64,000 nucleotides of DNA from a virus. Below the pieces are notes generated by a model. That model was not told where the DNA came from, searched no databases, and was given only the letters and a program-made list of their open reading frames with translations. The stretch lies in IMG/VR virus record IMGVR_UViG_3300049483_000112, positions 3,464 through 67,463 of that record, one strand, 5' to 3'. Below, in pieces: positions 27,901 through 37,077 of the stretch (position 1 is its first letter; every line of letters begins with the position of its first letter). The position numbers were made by a program, and so were the translations under genes.

Positions 27901-28507
27901 TTGCGCTCACCACCTTGCGCTGGGTGATGATCTGCATGCCGGAGGTGGTCACGCCAACGCCGGCCTTCAGCCCCGCTGACCATGAGCCGTTGGACGTGTC
28001 CGAGTCGTCGGTCGCGGTGTCGTTGCCCTCCCGGCCCATCGCGCCGATCACCATCGTCCCGTTTGTTAGGGACGAGGTTGTGATCGACGGGACGTTCGAT
28101 GTGGCCGTTTCTTGCGCGCCAGTGACGTAGACGACCGAGTAGCCGGCCTCTGGCGTTACTTCATGCAGCGCCCACGCCTTCGCGACTGCGTTGGCGCTGA
28201 TCGTCATGGTGATCGTGTTCGCCGTCGTCAGCGTGCCGACCGCCATGTTGCAGGTGAACGCGCGCATCGCCGCGCCGGCGTTCGCTGCGCCAGGGTCGAT
28301 CAACGAGTTGACGCGCGAAACCCAGGTGTTCCCTACCGAGTCAGTGATCGACGAGTAGGGGTCGGCCCCGTTCGTGCCGCTGTTGTCGTATGCGCAGAAC
28401 AGAACAGCCAGCGAGCCTGCGCTGAAGTTGGACCCAGGCGTGACGACGAGCGTCGTGCTCGACGAGTTGTGTGTGCCTGAACCTCGATCTGCGCCGCTGA
28501 TTGCCAC
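24941..28507 (-). CDS. Long virion fibre-like protein with ~36 tandem 22-aa repeats
   Basis: GTG start with GGAG RBS; N-terminal beta domain, then QPGTGNGVFAGLAPTLLRGEVE-type repeats. Confidence 0.8.
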   Translation of the reverse strand: MAISGADRGSGTHNSSSTTLVVTPGSNFSAGSLAVLFCAYDNSGTNGADPYSSITDSVGNTWVSRVNSLIDPGAANAGAAMRAFTCNMAVGTLTTANTITMTISANAVAKAWALHEVTPEAGYSVVYVTGAQETATSNVPSITTSSLTNGTMVIGAMGREGNDTATDDSDTSNGSWSAGLKAGVGVTTSGMQIITQRKVVSATATQIYNPTFSGSRDGCEMWVSFAQDKTIAVPVGSAVATGLAPTATKSTGWFVSWTQFAIPVAGVTANVTASPSYGTGAFTGLAPIAFQQMYEQPGTGNGVFAGLAPTVLRGTITQPGAGNGVFGGFAPTLLRGEVEQPGTGNGVFAGLAPTLLRGEVEQPGTGNGVFSGIAPTLVRGEVDQPGTGNGVFAGLAPTLVRGEVEQPGAGNGVFAGLAPTLVRGEVEQPGLGNGVFAGLAPTLIIGTVAQPGTGNGVFAGSTPVALRGTITQPGTGNGVFAGAAPTVVAGTITQPGAGTGVFAGLAPALFVQMYAQPGAGTGVFAGLAPTALRGEIKQPGTGNGAFVGLAPSLLIQSYVQPGTGNGVFAGLAPTLLTSAIYAVPAGAGVFAGFAPSLLINSIIQPGAGTGVFAGLTPTLVVGTVAQPGAGTGLFAGLAPAILRGTVAQPGAGTGAFAGLAPSILTNAIAQPPAGSGAFAGLAPTFVVGAFAQPGTGTGAFAGLAPTATISDLKIAQPGPGTLSASGFAPAAITGYVFRPGVGSLTAAGLAPTLLTGVVATPGVGAGAFTGLLPIALRGSTYQPATGSGAFVGIAPSTLLNVIAQPGAGSGAFVGFAPIITVGLLARPGLGTGAFTGLVPSIAVSDLRSAAPGVGSGAFEGLAPTISVSSATNTNLPVPVGTGAFSGLAPTALVSDLISATPPAGTGAFIGLAPSILIGQIIAVPTGAGAFGGFAPGVLNSALGKTAQPGFGSGVFTGLEPTISRTEHVIAGVATGSGAFVGLPPSVLLGQGVKPDTGTGAFAGLAPSILISEFITATPGTGTGQFTGFAPTVARTEHHVIEVPTGSMTIVGLVPGEEEVAEAPAPALPPTLDGVGWGRGNRRPDFIVDRTYRPKPVDVPIGVETGHGAFAGFAPSIIVSDIRPAEEQIVPRLIAHRVRLPIRPPVRQQPIVISVPTGSMTALGLAPAANTTLYDPDLADFIEMVAMYA
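25345..27815 (-). repeat. Degenerate 66-bp coding tandem repeat
   Basis: About 36 units counted in the translation; most similar at ~26800-27620. Confidence 0.9.
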
Positions 28508-28541
28508 GCTGTTCTCCTGCGTGGAGCGCCACGCTACGCCG

Positions 28542-29567
28542 TCATGTCACCGCCGTGAATTCGACTGACAGGTTGCCATAGTTCGTGATCGAGTCGGCCT
28601 GCGACGCGTTCAGCGTGCGCTCAACAAGAGTGAAGGTCGCACCGACCGCTTCGTTCCACGACGCTATTGTCGTATTCGCATCCTGCACCAGCCGCACCGT
28701 GTGATTGCCCTGCAGGACGTAGCTCAACACATGGTTGCTCGAGGACAGCGGGTCATTGCCAGACGACAGGGCGACCTTGAATGTGCTCGGCGTCGTGCCG
28801 GGCAACTTCGCATAGTCCGAGTCGTCGCGCGTCGTCTCGTCGAGCATCGCGTAGATCGAGTTTCCAGTGCTCGCTGTCCAATTCCCAGCGCTAAGGTCAC
28901 TCGCCGGGCGCAGCGTCTGCCCCGCCGCCCCCTGCTTGAGCAGGACAATGCTCGCTGAGATGTAGTAGTTGCCGCTCGTCCCGTTTGCGTTGTAGTTCCC
29001 CGTCGAGGTGAACTCGCGACGCATCACGAAGAGGTCTTCGCCAGCAAGCGTGTTCCCGTGATGCCCCGCCGTGATGTTGGCGCCCGTTAGCGCCGACCAC
29101 CCGGCTGCCGGCACGAAGGCGCCGTTCGCGTTTGACGTTTCAACTGCGATGCCGAACCCGACTGTGTTCGCCTGACTCGTCGTTGGTGCATTGCCAGAGT
29201 CCCAAGATGTTGTCGGCCCAGAGGGCCCTGGCGCCGCATACTTGTCAACGCAACTTGACGTAACGACGCCGCTCTCTTCGATGCCGAAAATGCACGTGTC
29301 CTGTGCCGTACTGATGTTCGCCGTGATCCATGTGACGCCGGCCTGGCTGTTGGGGCACACCCACATTGCAGATGCCTCGACTGCATCGTTTGGTGTGAAT
29401 GCGCTGACGTAGCTTTGCCCCGCGCTGTCAGAGACGCCTGTGACATATCTGCCGTTGCGGCCGACGATCGCGATCAGACACGACCCCTGCGCAGACGCAG
29501 AGATGTTCACCGAAACAGTGTTTGCGCCGTACCCGTTATCGTTGGCAACCGCTTGAACGAGGGACAT
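28542..29567 (-). CDS. Virion decoration/fibre-associated beta protein
   Basis: S/T/G/N-rich; VTGVSDSAGQSY resembles SSITDSVGNTW in the neighbouring protein. Confidence 0.65.
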   Translation of the reverse strand: MSLVQAVANDNGYGANTVSVNISASAQGSCLIAIVGRNGRYVTGVSDSAGQSYVSAFTPNDAVEASAMWVCPNSQAGVTWITANISTAQDTCIFGIEESGVVTSSCVDKYAAPGPSGPTTSWDSGNAPTTSQANTVGFGIAVETSNANGAFVPAAGWSALTGANITAGHHGNTLAGEDLFVMRREFTSTGNYNANGTSGNYYISASIVLLKQGAAGQTLRPASDLSAGNWTASTGNSIYAMLDETTRDDSDYAKLPGTTPSTFKVALSSGNDPLSSSNHVLSYVLQGNHTVRLVQDANTTIASWNEAVGATFTLVERTLNASQADSITNYGNLSVEFTAVT

Positions 29568-29571
29568 TTGG

Positions 29572-31881
29572 CTATCCGTTCGCGGCCAAGAAAGCCGTCA
29601 TATCGCTGACGGTGTATTGCAGCGCATCATCGCGGATCACGTGCGCTTGGGTGAAGTAGTGCGCGTACCCGCCAGACGGGATTGGGTTCGCCGCAGAGTT
29701 GTAGCACGCGATCTTCATGTAGACGCCTCCGCCAGAGCATGTGACCCCAGAGATGCGCCCGCCGGGGATCATTGCGCCATTGACCCATAGCTCCGTCCAC
29801 CCGCTGCCGTCTGTCGCAACGTACTCTCGCCCGATCATGTAGACGAAAGAGTTCCGATAGGTCGTCATGCCAGCGATGTTGACCTCGGTGTACGGGTTGT
29901 TTCCGTGATTGCATTCAAACATCAGTTTGTTGTCGCTGGTCCAACTCCGCATCCCAACCTGCATCCCGGCCGTCGGGTTGCTGTTCGTGTGCAAGTCCCA
30001 TAGCAGCATATATTGGCCGCTCGCCCGATCCCACATGAAGTCAGGGATGTAGGTCTCTTCCAAGTACCACACCACAGCGCCGACTGGGAACGATGCAAAC
30101 CCGGACAGGTCGGCTCGTCGCGCGCCGGGCTCTGATGTCTCGGTGTCGTTGCTGTCAATGGCCAGGCGCAAGCACGTGCGCCCGCCCTTTGTCACCTTCC
30201 CGAATCTAAGGTTGGACCCGTCAATCAGCGACGACTGCCCGGCTGTGTAGCCAGATTCTGTGAGCGAGCTCAGGGTGGTCCAGTCCTGCCCATACTGCAC
30301 CGCGCCAGGCATTGAACTAATGGGCTGCGACGCGCGAAAGCTCGCAACCGGCACGATGCTCTGCGCGCTCGCAATTGTGATGATCACGCTGCCGTATGCG
30401 CCGGCGGCGTTGGAGTCAATCGCGCTGATGTTGTACGTCGCCGAGCCGACTGTCCCAGCAACGCCGGACAACGCAGCATTGCCCGAGCTTATCGTCAGGC
30501 CAGGCACTTGAGGGTTGATCTGCGCCGTGTATGGCGGCGCCCCATTGATGAACCGCACAGGGACAATCGGGCTGACCACTTGCCCAGTCGTGAAGGTCAG
30601 CGTCGGCATGTCGACAATTGCTTGGAATGCAGCGTTGGCGGCAGCCGCGGTGACTGTGTACTGTGTGGCCCCTGTGAGGCCAGACGAGACCTCAATCCCT
30701 CCAATGACGGCGCGCTCGACGATCTGCACAATGTCCGGCGGGTTGACGTTGCCGTCAACGTTATATGCGGCATTGGTGCTCGAGTAGCCGGCGATGTTGT
30801 GCGCGCCGTTCACATAGAAGTCCCACGTCCTGCTCGTTGGGGTCACAGGCGTGTTGAATTCGTTCACCCACGTTGCCGCCGTTATCGCGTACGACTGCCC
30901 CTTGTAGATCAACCCGCCCGACACTCCCTGCAGCGTTGGCAGCGATGTGGCATGCGTGCCCACCGTACCGGATATCGTGACCGAGTTCGATGCCGCTCGA
31001 GGAGCAGAGGGAACTCCCAAAGGTGAAATTGCGATCACATCGCCAGTGATCACCTTCCCGTTGTTTGTTGACCCAGGCAAGAACGTGTTTACGGTTGTCG
31101 ATCGAGTGCTTTGCGCGGTGCCGTTCGCATAGAACAAGTACGAGAATGTGCAGCCTCCGATGTTTGCTGTCCCACTGTTGAGCGTCAGCACCTGAGTTGA
31201 CGGCTGCGTGCCTGAAGGCGATATGCTCGGGTCGACGGTAAAGCCGGGCACGTTCCCGGTGACCGGCCCGACAAGCGCGCTCGTCGATGGGCTACCGAGT
31301 GCCCCCGTGACGCTGTCGCGCGGAGTCTGCGTGACAGACAAGTAGAAGGTTATGTCCGCCGCCGATTGATTGTGGGTCGTCGTGATTTCGTTTGGGATCG
31401 GCGCGCGCGGGTTCGATGCGTTTTCGCGATTCCACGTCCACGAGTTTGTGTAGTTGTGTCCTCCGCTCGTGGTCACGTTGCCGGCCACCGCCGTGAGCAC
31501 AAGGCCGACTCCGAGGTTCCCAGTGATGGTCGGTGGGGAAGTTACTACCGGAGCGTTCCCGCCCCCCTGCATGAACGCCGACACGTTGGCGGCGAACTGC
31601 GCCAGCGTCTGCCCGCCCGGCAGCCCCGACACCTTGCCGGCGTCGAGCACGTTCTTCGCTTTCGTCAGGTCGTTGATGTCCGCGGCGGGTGGCAGCCCCG
31701 CCACCGCTGCTTGTGCCGCCGCTACCGATCCAGCAAGCGAACGAATGCCATATCCGATCGTCCCGGCCCCGTACTGAACAGCCTCACTGTATTGCCCTTG
31801 CGCTGTCTCGCGCAGCGCTCTATCGAGCCAACTCAGAGAAAGTGGCGTGCCCTTCGGGCCAAAGGTGTCTGTATATGCCAT
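29572..31881 (-). CDS. Ig-like repeat protein with C-terminal polysaccharide-lyase/ConA-like domain
   Basis: PVVTSPPTITG..VGLVLT and GAPPYT..PGLTISS Ig-like repeats; C-terminal WTELWVNG..YMKIACYN. Confidence 0.65.
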   Translation of the reverse strand: MAYTDTFGPKGTPLSLSWLDRALRETAQGQYSEAVQYGAGTIGYGIRSLAGSVAAAQAAVAGLPPAADINDLTKAKNVLDAGKVSGLPGGQTLAQFAANVSAFMQGGGNAPVVTSPPTITGNLGVGLVLTAVAGNVTTSGGHNYTNSWTWNRENASNPRAPIPNEITTTHNQSAADITFYLSVTQTPRDSVTGALGSPSTSALVGPVTGNVPGFTVDPSISPSGTQPSTQVLTLNSGTANIGGCTFSYLFYANGTAQSTRSTTVNTFLPGSTNNGKVITGDVIAISPLGVPSAPRAASNSVTISGTVGTHATSLPTLQGVSGGLIYKGQSYAITAATWVNEFNTPVTPTSRTWDFYVNGAHNIAGYSSTNAAYNVDGNVNPPDIVQIVERAVIGGIEVSSGLTGATQYTVTAAAANAAFQAIVDMPTLTFTTGQVVSPIVPVRFINGAPPYTAQINPQVPGLTISSGNAALSGVAGTVGSATYNISAIDSNAAGAYGSVIITIASAQSIVPVASFRASQPISSMPGAVQYGQDWTTLSSLTESGYTAGQSSLIDGSNLRFGKVTKGGRTCLRLAIDSNDTETSEPGARRADLSGFASFPVGAVVWYLEETYIPDFMWDRASGQYMLLWDLHTNSNPTAGMQVGMRSWTSDNKLMFECNHGNNPYTEVNIAGMTTYRNSFVYMIGREYVATDGSGWTELWVNGAMIPGGRISGVTCSGGGVYMKIACYNSAANPIPSGGYAHYFTQAHVIRDDALQYTVSDMTAFLAANG

Positions 31882-31909
31882 CGCTTACCTCCGGCAAGCG
31901 TGGCCGCCA

Positions 31910-32428
31910 CTAGCGCTTGAAGCACGTGCACGACGCGCAGTGAGCGCGCTCAGTGAGCCTTGCTCCGTGCGGATGGGCCTTGGCCCATAGCTCAAGATTC
32001 TCTGGCCGGTTGTCGCTCTTGATGCCGTTCTTGTGGTGCACATGCTCGTCTGCCTCAAGATACCTGCCGATCATCTTCTCCATCACAAGGCGGTGCTGCA
32101 GGACGTAGCGCCGCTTCGTGCCTTCGATGCTAGGGTGGCCGTGGGCTATTTCAAGCACGTATCCTCGTCGCATGGTCGTTCCGCCCTTCCAGCGGCTTGA
32201 CTTCTCCATTGCGGCCCGGCCTGGATCGACCGCATGGCTCGCCTTTGCTGCGCACGCGTGTCCGCAAAAGATTGCGCGCTGCGTCTTCCCTCTGTACGGA
32301 GGCAGATATTCCTCTTTGCACCATTCGCACACAGCAACGTAGACGCGCGTCCTGCATTGCCTTGCCCCGTACGTGTACCACCATTGTCCGGATTCGTCCT
32401 TCGAAAACTGATCGCTCGTTGGCTTCAT
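31910..32428 (-). CDS. HNH homing endonuclease with N-terminal Zn finger
   Basis: CEWC..FCGHAC; QHRLVME..VHHKNGIKSDNRPENLEL. Confidence 0.9.
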   Translation of the reverse strand: MKPTSDQFSKDESGQWWYTYGARQCRTRVYVAVCEWCKEEYLPPYRGKTQRAIFCGHACAAKASHAVDPGRAAMEKSSRWKGGTTMRRGYVLEIAHGHPSIEGTKRRYVLQHRLVMEKMIGRYLEADEHVHHKNGIKSDNRPENLELWAKAHPHGARLTERAHCASCTCFKR

Positions 32429-32475
32429 TGCGGCCCCTTGTTCAACAAGGTCGCAATCTTACCATTCAAATGTAC

Positions 32476-32928
32476 TCAATGTAGCTCGAACACGCCCCCC
32501 GCGTTAATTTGCACTGTAAGCGTGTTCGGCGAGGTGACGTTGAACTGCGCCGTCGTCAGTTTCGACCAGCACACCGGCCTACCGCCAGATACGCCGATCA
32601 CCGCGTACTTGCAGTTGACGAGCGTCGAGCCCGAGGCGGTGAACACAAGGTCGGTCGCCGTGAGCTTGTACGACTTCGCGCTCGCACCTACCGTCCATCC
32701 CAGGCCTGCCACCGCTCTGCCGCCGGCGGCATACCCGCCGCGCGCTGAGATCTCGCCGGTGATGCTCGCGAAGGTGGAGATCGTCAGCGTCTCAGCGTTC
32801 GACGCCGAGTTCGTGAGTTTCATCTTCATGGCGGTCGTGCCCAGATTGATCTGGGTGCCGCCGTTGTTGGAGCAGATGTTTTTCTTGACCTTGTTATACA
32901 AAACCCAAGCAGTAGCGGCCATGGTCAA
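32476..32928 (-). CDS. Small virion structural protein (fibre subunit candidate)
   Basis: EISARGGYAAGG, TDLVFTASG, LTVQINAGGVFEL; AGGAG RBS precedes the second Met (32922). Confidence 0.6.
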   Translation of the reverse strand: MTMAATAWVLYNKVKKNICSNNGGTQINLGTTAMKMKLTNSASNAETLTISTFASITGEISARGGYAAGGRAVAGLGWTVGASAKSYKLTATDLVFTASGSTLVNCKYAVIGVSGGRPVCWSKLTTAQFNVTSPNTLTVQINAGGVFELH

Positions 32929-32958
32929 ACTCCTTTAGCGCGGTGGGTGCAAGGATAG

Positions 32959-34443
32959 CTAATTTGTTGCCTCTGATGTGGCCACTTCCCCGAGCAGTTC
33001 GGAGATCTCTGCACCGGCGCCGACCTCGATGATCTTGGCAATCAGCCCGTCGCCGTAGACGCAAAGGTCGACCTCGTCACCTAGCAAGCGGATCATGTCG
33101 ACCATCTCTGTGGCCTGTTTGACCATCCACGGGTGGCACTGGAAAACCTTCCCGCCGCAGGTGACGGGCACCACGATCTGTCCATCGTTTTCGGGCTGAC
33201 AGTAGGCGTGATGGTCCTGATCCGTCAGGCACGAGTCCAGGCCGAACACATGCATCTGCCTGAATCCGAGCATGCGCAGCAGCGGAATGGCGCGCAGCAC
33301 CACCGTCGTACCGCCTGGCGTCGGGTAGTAGCACCCCTTCTTGTCGATCACGAACTGGGCGAGCTCGTCGCTCAGGCCGCAATGCCACAGGTACGTGCGC
33401 TCCCGCGGCAGCGGCTCGAGCGTGCTCGGGTGAGCCTGTGATGCGATCAGGTACTGGCACGTATCGACGATCGGCAGGACGAATCGTTGATTGAACGGCC
33501 GTGCATCGAGCACGACTTGCGCGCTGGGCACCATGCCGCGCTCGATGGCCCACGCATACGCTCCGTTGACCGTCACCAGGGCTGCGCCATCGGCTCGCAG
33601 TTTCTTGATCTCGTCGACATGGTCGTTCAGCGACGGCCCGCCGCCAAGCAAGATGAGCTCGCGCTGCTGCAGGTTGTATGGACGCACATGCTGCCAACCT
33701 GCTGAGATGTTCTCGCGCGCCTGCGCCTCTGCCACCTGCTCGGGCACGTTCAGCGCGCCAAGCACGACATCACTCGCCTCTTTCCATGCTGTGCAGTAGA
33801 CCGTGTACTCAAGGTCGGTCCTGCTTTCCCAATGAATGACTGCGCCGGCGTCAGTGAGCCGCTTGCGCCACATCGACGCCGGCTGCACGGTGAGGTGCAG
33901 CACCTCGCCAATCATGTTGCCGTAGCCCTCTTCGTGCAGCGCGATCTTGAAGAACACGTGCTGCGCGCTTGCCAGGATGTTGTGCAGCACCCGATCGACA
34001 TCGTCTGTCGGGATGTGCTCCATCACGTCAGTGCAGAACCCGTAGGCTGCGGTCACCTGTGGCGTCTGCGTCAGGTCGTGCTCGACGAACTTGATGCGGT
34101 CCGGCTGCGTCTTGCAGTACTCTGCAACCTCCTCGTCGAGGCAGTTCGGTGCGATGTCAAGCATCGTGACCCGCATCTTGCCAAGGGCAGCGAGCAGCCA
34201 TGCGCCACGCCCAGTGCCCGCACCGAAGTCGATGCACTCGGCGTGCGCAGGGATCTTGGCGACGCTGAGAAACTCTAGCGCTGACTGCTCGCCTGGAGCG
34301 TTCTCCCTGTACTCGGGACGCGCCCACATGCGCACGTACTTGTCGCGCTCCGGGTTGGGATGCCCGGCCAAGTGCGCGGCCGACTTTTGAATGAAGGTGT
34401 CGACCGCCTCTTGATTCACTTGAGCAGCCCCTTGCGGTAGCAC
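32959..34443 (-). CDS. SAM methyltransferase fused to Maf/MptE-like (DUF115) domain
   Basis: IDFGAGTG, CTDVMEHIP; LILLGGGPSL, VTVNGA, GGTTV..LGFRQMHVFGLDS. Confidence 0.8.
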   Translation of the reverse strand: MLPQGAAQVNQEAVDTFIQKSAAHLAGHPNPERDKYVRMWARPEYRENAPGEQSALEFLSVAKIPAHAECIDFGAGTGRGAWLLAALGKMRVTMLDIAPNCLDEEVAEYCKTQPDRIKFVEHDLTQTPQVTAAYGFCTDVMEHIPTDDVDRVLHNILASAQHVFFKIALHEEGYGNMIGEVLHLTVQPASMWRKRLTDAGAVIHWESRTDLEYTVYCTAWKEASDVVLGALNVPEQVAEAQARENISAGWQHVRPYNLQQRELILLGGGPSLNDHVDEIKKLRADGAALVTVNGAYAWAIERGMVPSAQVVLDARPFNQRFVLPIVDTCQYLIASQAHPSTLEPLPRERTYLWHCGLSDELAQFVIDKKGCYYPTPGGTTVVLRAIPLLRMLGFRQMHVFGLDSCLTDQDHHAYCQPENDGQIVVPVTCGGKVFQCHPWMVKQATEMVDMIRLLGDEVDLCVYGDGLIAKIIEVGAGAEISELLGEVATSEATN

Positions 34444-34619
34444 TTCGCGACGATGAACGATGCGCGGCTGATCAACTCAGGGCTCGGCTCTTGCCGCTTC
34501 GACCATGCCTGCATCAACTCGTTGATGATCGCTGCGCACTCCTCCTCGAAGGTGGGCGCAGGCTCGACCTTGATGGTCGGCACCATGCCAACCAGGCCAG
34601 CAGATCCAACGTCGCTCAT
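34416..34619 (-). CDS. Hypothetical protein
   Basis: Overlap-coupled small ORF. Confidence 0.5.
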   Translation of the reverse strand: MSDVGSAGLVGMVPTIKVEPAPTFEEECAAIINELMQAWSKRQEPSPELISRASFIVAKCYRKGLLK

Positions 34620-35017
34620 GTTTCACCTCTTCGTAACTTGCGGCGCAGCGCGTTTATGTGGTCCTTGTTCTTGGCCCGATACGCGCGCTGATATTCCCTG
34701 AAGCAGTCGCGATGCCAAAACCCAGTCCCCACTTGCTTCATTTCGTGCATGTTGCTGTGGTTCTTGCACCAGACACACGGCCGGCCATCATAGTCGCCGA
34801 TCGCCTGCATCCCGCGCATTCGAGCATGCAGCAGCATGTGGTATGCCTGATCTGGGCAGATGACCAGATTCGTCGGCACATTGTTGAACCTGTTTTCATC
34901 TACGTGATGAACGACTGCGCCACGCGGCAAAGGGCCGCCCAACGCCTTTTCAGCAACGTGGATGTGCGTCTCACGACGCCTGCCGTTCACCGTCGATCTC
35001 GGATAAATCTGGGGCAT
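34616..35017 (-). CDS. HNH endonuclease
   Basis: HIHVAEKALG..VVHHVDENRFNNVPTNLVIC..YHMLLH; starts inside the portal 3' end. Confidence 0.88.
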   Translation of the reverse strand: MPQIYPRSTVNGRRRETHIHVAEKALGGPLPRGAVVHHVDENRFNNVPTNLVICPDQAYHMLLHARMRGMQAIGDYDGRPCVWCKNHSNMHEMKQVGTGFWHRDCFREYQRAYRAKNKDHINALRRKLRRGET

Positions 35018-36695
35018 CTCTCTCCTTCCAAAAGGCCTGCATCGACCCGTCCGGCATTCTCCGCCCAACCAATACTTTACCCATTCGTTCGTCGGGTGGA
35101 TTGCGCGGCTTGAATGCGTTGACCGTCGTGTCGCCCACCTCTACATTGATCTCTGGCCGATGCTCGACGATGGTGGGGGGCTGCGCGGCAGCGACCTTGG
35201 CAACCACGGCGGCAATCCTGTCCGGGTCGAGCATAGCCAAAGCAGACGCCAACATCTTCTCTGCTGCTGTCTCTTTGGCCGGCGCTTTCTGCGCGCCAGG
35301 CGCTTCATCGTTGGTGTCCGCATTTGGATCTGGCGCCTTTGGCACTGGCACTTGCTGCCCTGTTTCGTCGACCATCATGCCGGGTGGCGGTGGCTCTGGG
35401 AATGCTTCCTTGCGCTGATCTGGAGTCATCGCCATCATCCCGAGCTCTTCGCGCGCCTCATCGGGCGTGATCACCTTTGCCGCGATGTAGGTCGAGTGGA
35501 TCGTCGCCTTGACATCAGGCGCGACTTCCTGATTCTTTTTCCACGTGAACTTGACGCCGAGGTACTCTCCGCCGAGGTGAGTCTTCAGCAGAAAGTTGAT
35601 CTTCGTGTCGAGCCACTTCATCAGCGGGAGCAAGCCCTCCTCTTTCGCTGACTCTGCGCCCTGCTGTGCTGTTGCCCTGTTTACCTGCATGATGAACGGC
35701 GTCGGAGGGATGCTGAACGCAAAGCAGATCACGCGCGCGAGCCACTCGTCGTACTGATCCTTGAGCACCGCCTCTTTCGGGAAGAGGATGTTGTCCAGGC
35801 TTGGGATGAAGCGCATCTTGCGTTTCTGCGCTGCGTTGCCCTCCATTAGCGAGTCCCACCACAGTTGAAAGTCTTGGATCTGTTTCGCGGTCCAACCCTC
35901 TGGCACCTGTGCGATCGCCTCTGGAATGTTGCCCTCGCTGTAGTACGCCAACTGCGACAACTGCCGGCGCATCGCGATGTTGACGGTCATCATCACTTGC
36001 TCGACAGGCGATAGGCCATAGATCCGACTCGAGCGCGGATTGCGCATCATGTACGTCAGGTCGTCTGTCGTGTAGTCGGCGGCCGGGATGCCTTTCAGGA
36101 TCTGCTGATATGCGGGGTCAGGGGGCAATGGCGTGCGCCCTGAGATATCGAGCACGCGCTTGATCGTCGCTCCGTCCACCAGTTCAAGCCCGTACAGTTT
36201 CCCGCCCTTCGTCTTGCGCGGGTAGACGCACACAGCATCGATTACCAACATGTCCTCGACGACCATGCTAATCCAGTCATCGAAGTCATGCTCTTTGTCT
36301 GGGCGCTCCATGAAATCGGACACGACCTTGATCTGGTCGGCGAATATCGTCGGGTCTGCCTTCTCGTCGACAGGCATCACCTCCCATTCGTAGGCCTTCA
36401 CCTGATCCTTGCGCGTCTCGATCACCAGGCGCATCAGGTCGTACGAGTCCGCGATCCCGCGCAGTTGGCTGAACGAAAACTGCTCTTCTGAACGCGGTTG
36501 AAAGCGCAGGTTGAGCGCGACTGGATAGTCGAATGCCCGACCTTCTGTCTTGTCCTGCGCAACAGGCGCAAGCGGCTGTCCAGGGCCGAACCATGATTCA
36601 GGCGTAACACCGCTGAGCACGTAGCGCATGCCCTGCTTGACCCGTTCGATCACGCCTGGCGCGATCTGGGTGCCAATGTCTTCGCGTGCTGCCAC
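34971..36695 (-). CDS. Portal protein
   Basis: LELVDGATIK, AYQQILKG, YGLSPVE, YYSEGNIP, ITPDEARE. Confidence 0.92.
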   Translation of the reverse strand: MAAREDIGTQIAPGVIERVKQGMRYVLSGVTPESWFGPGQPLAPVAQDKTEGRAFDYPVALNLRFQPRSEEQFSFSQLRGIADSYDLMRLVIETRKDQVKAYEWEVMPVDEKADPTIFADQIKVVSDFMERPDKEHDFDDWISMVVEDMLVIDAVCVYPRKTKGGKLYGLELVDGATIKRVLDISGRTPLPPDPAYQQILKGIPAADYTTDDLTYMMRNPRSSRIYGLSPVEQVMMTVNIAMRRQLSQLAYYSEGNIPEAIAQVPEGWTAKQIQDFQLWWDSLMEGNAAQKRKMRFIPSLDNILFPKEAVLKDQYDEWLARVICFAFSIPPTPFIMQVNRATAQQGAESAKEEGLLPLMKWLDTKINFLLKTHLGGEYLGVKFTWKKNQEVAPDVKATIHSTYIAAKVITPDEAREELGMMAMTPDQRKEAFPEPPPPGMMVDETGQQVPVPKAPDPNADTNDEAPGAQKAPAKETAAEKMLASALAMLDPDRIAAVVAKVAAAQPPTIVEHRPEINVEVGDTTVNAFKPRNPPDERMGKVLVGRRMPDGSMQAFWKERDAPDLSEIDGERQAS

Positions 36696-36697
36696 TG

Positions 36698-37054
36698 TCA
36701 GACTTTCGACGTGAACTTGAACCCACGCTTCTTAGCTTCTGCCTCAACGTGCAGCCGTTCGCTATGGTAGAAGATGCCGGACTTGCCGTTTAGCGCATCA
36801 AGTACGTCTTTGTTCGACCATCGCGGCAGGCCCTGAAGATGTCGTGGCAGGCTTTCATTGAAGGGCACGTCACGCCTTTTGACATGCTGCACCCATGCGT
36901 CTGTGCCTACTTCGGGCTCGGCGCCACCGCCAGATGTCCACCGCCCGCGCTCATCGCGGGGTTGGTCCTCACTGTATTTTTCGAACATCCCCGACGGGGT
37001 GACGGCCAACGGCTTACCGTATGCAGCCTTGATCAGGTCTGTGACTTCGGACAT
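36698..37054 (-). CDS. Small protein carrying the KYSEDQPRDERGRWT tag
   Basis: Same motif as the four copies in 18398..23011. Confidence 0.7.
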   Translation of the reverse strand: MSEVTDLIKAAYGKPLAVTPSGMFEKYSEDQPRDERGRWTSGGGAEPEVGTDAWVQHVKRRDVPFNESLPRHLQGLPRWSNKDVLDALNGKSGIFYHSERLHVEAEAKKRGFKFTSKV

Positions 37055-37077
37055 GGCGACCCCCTTGCAATGCCCGC

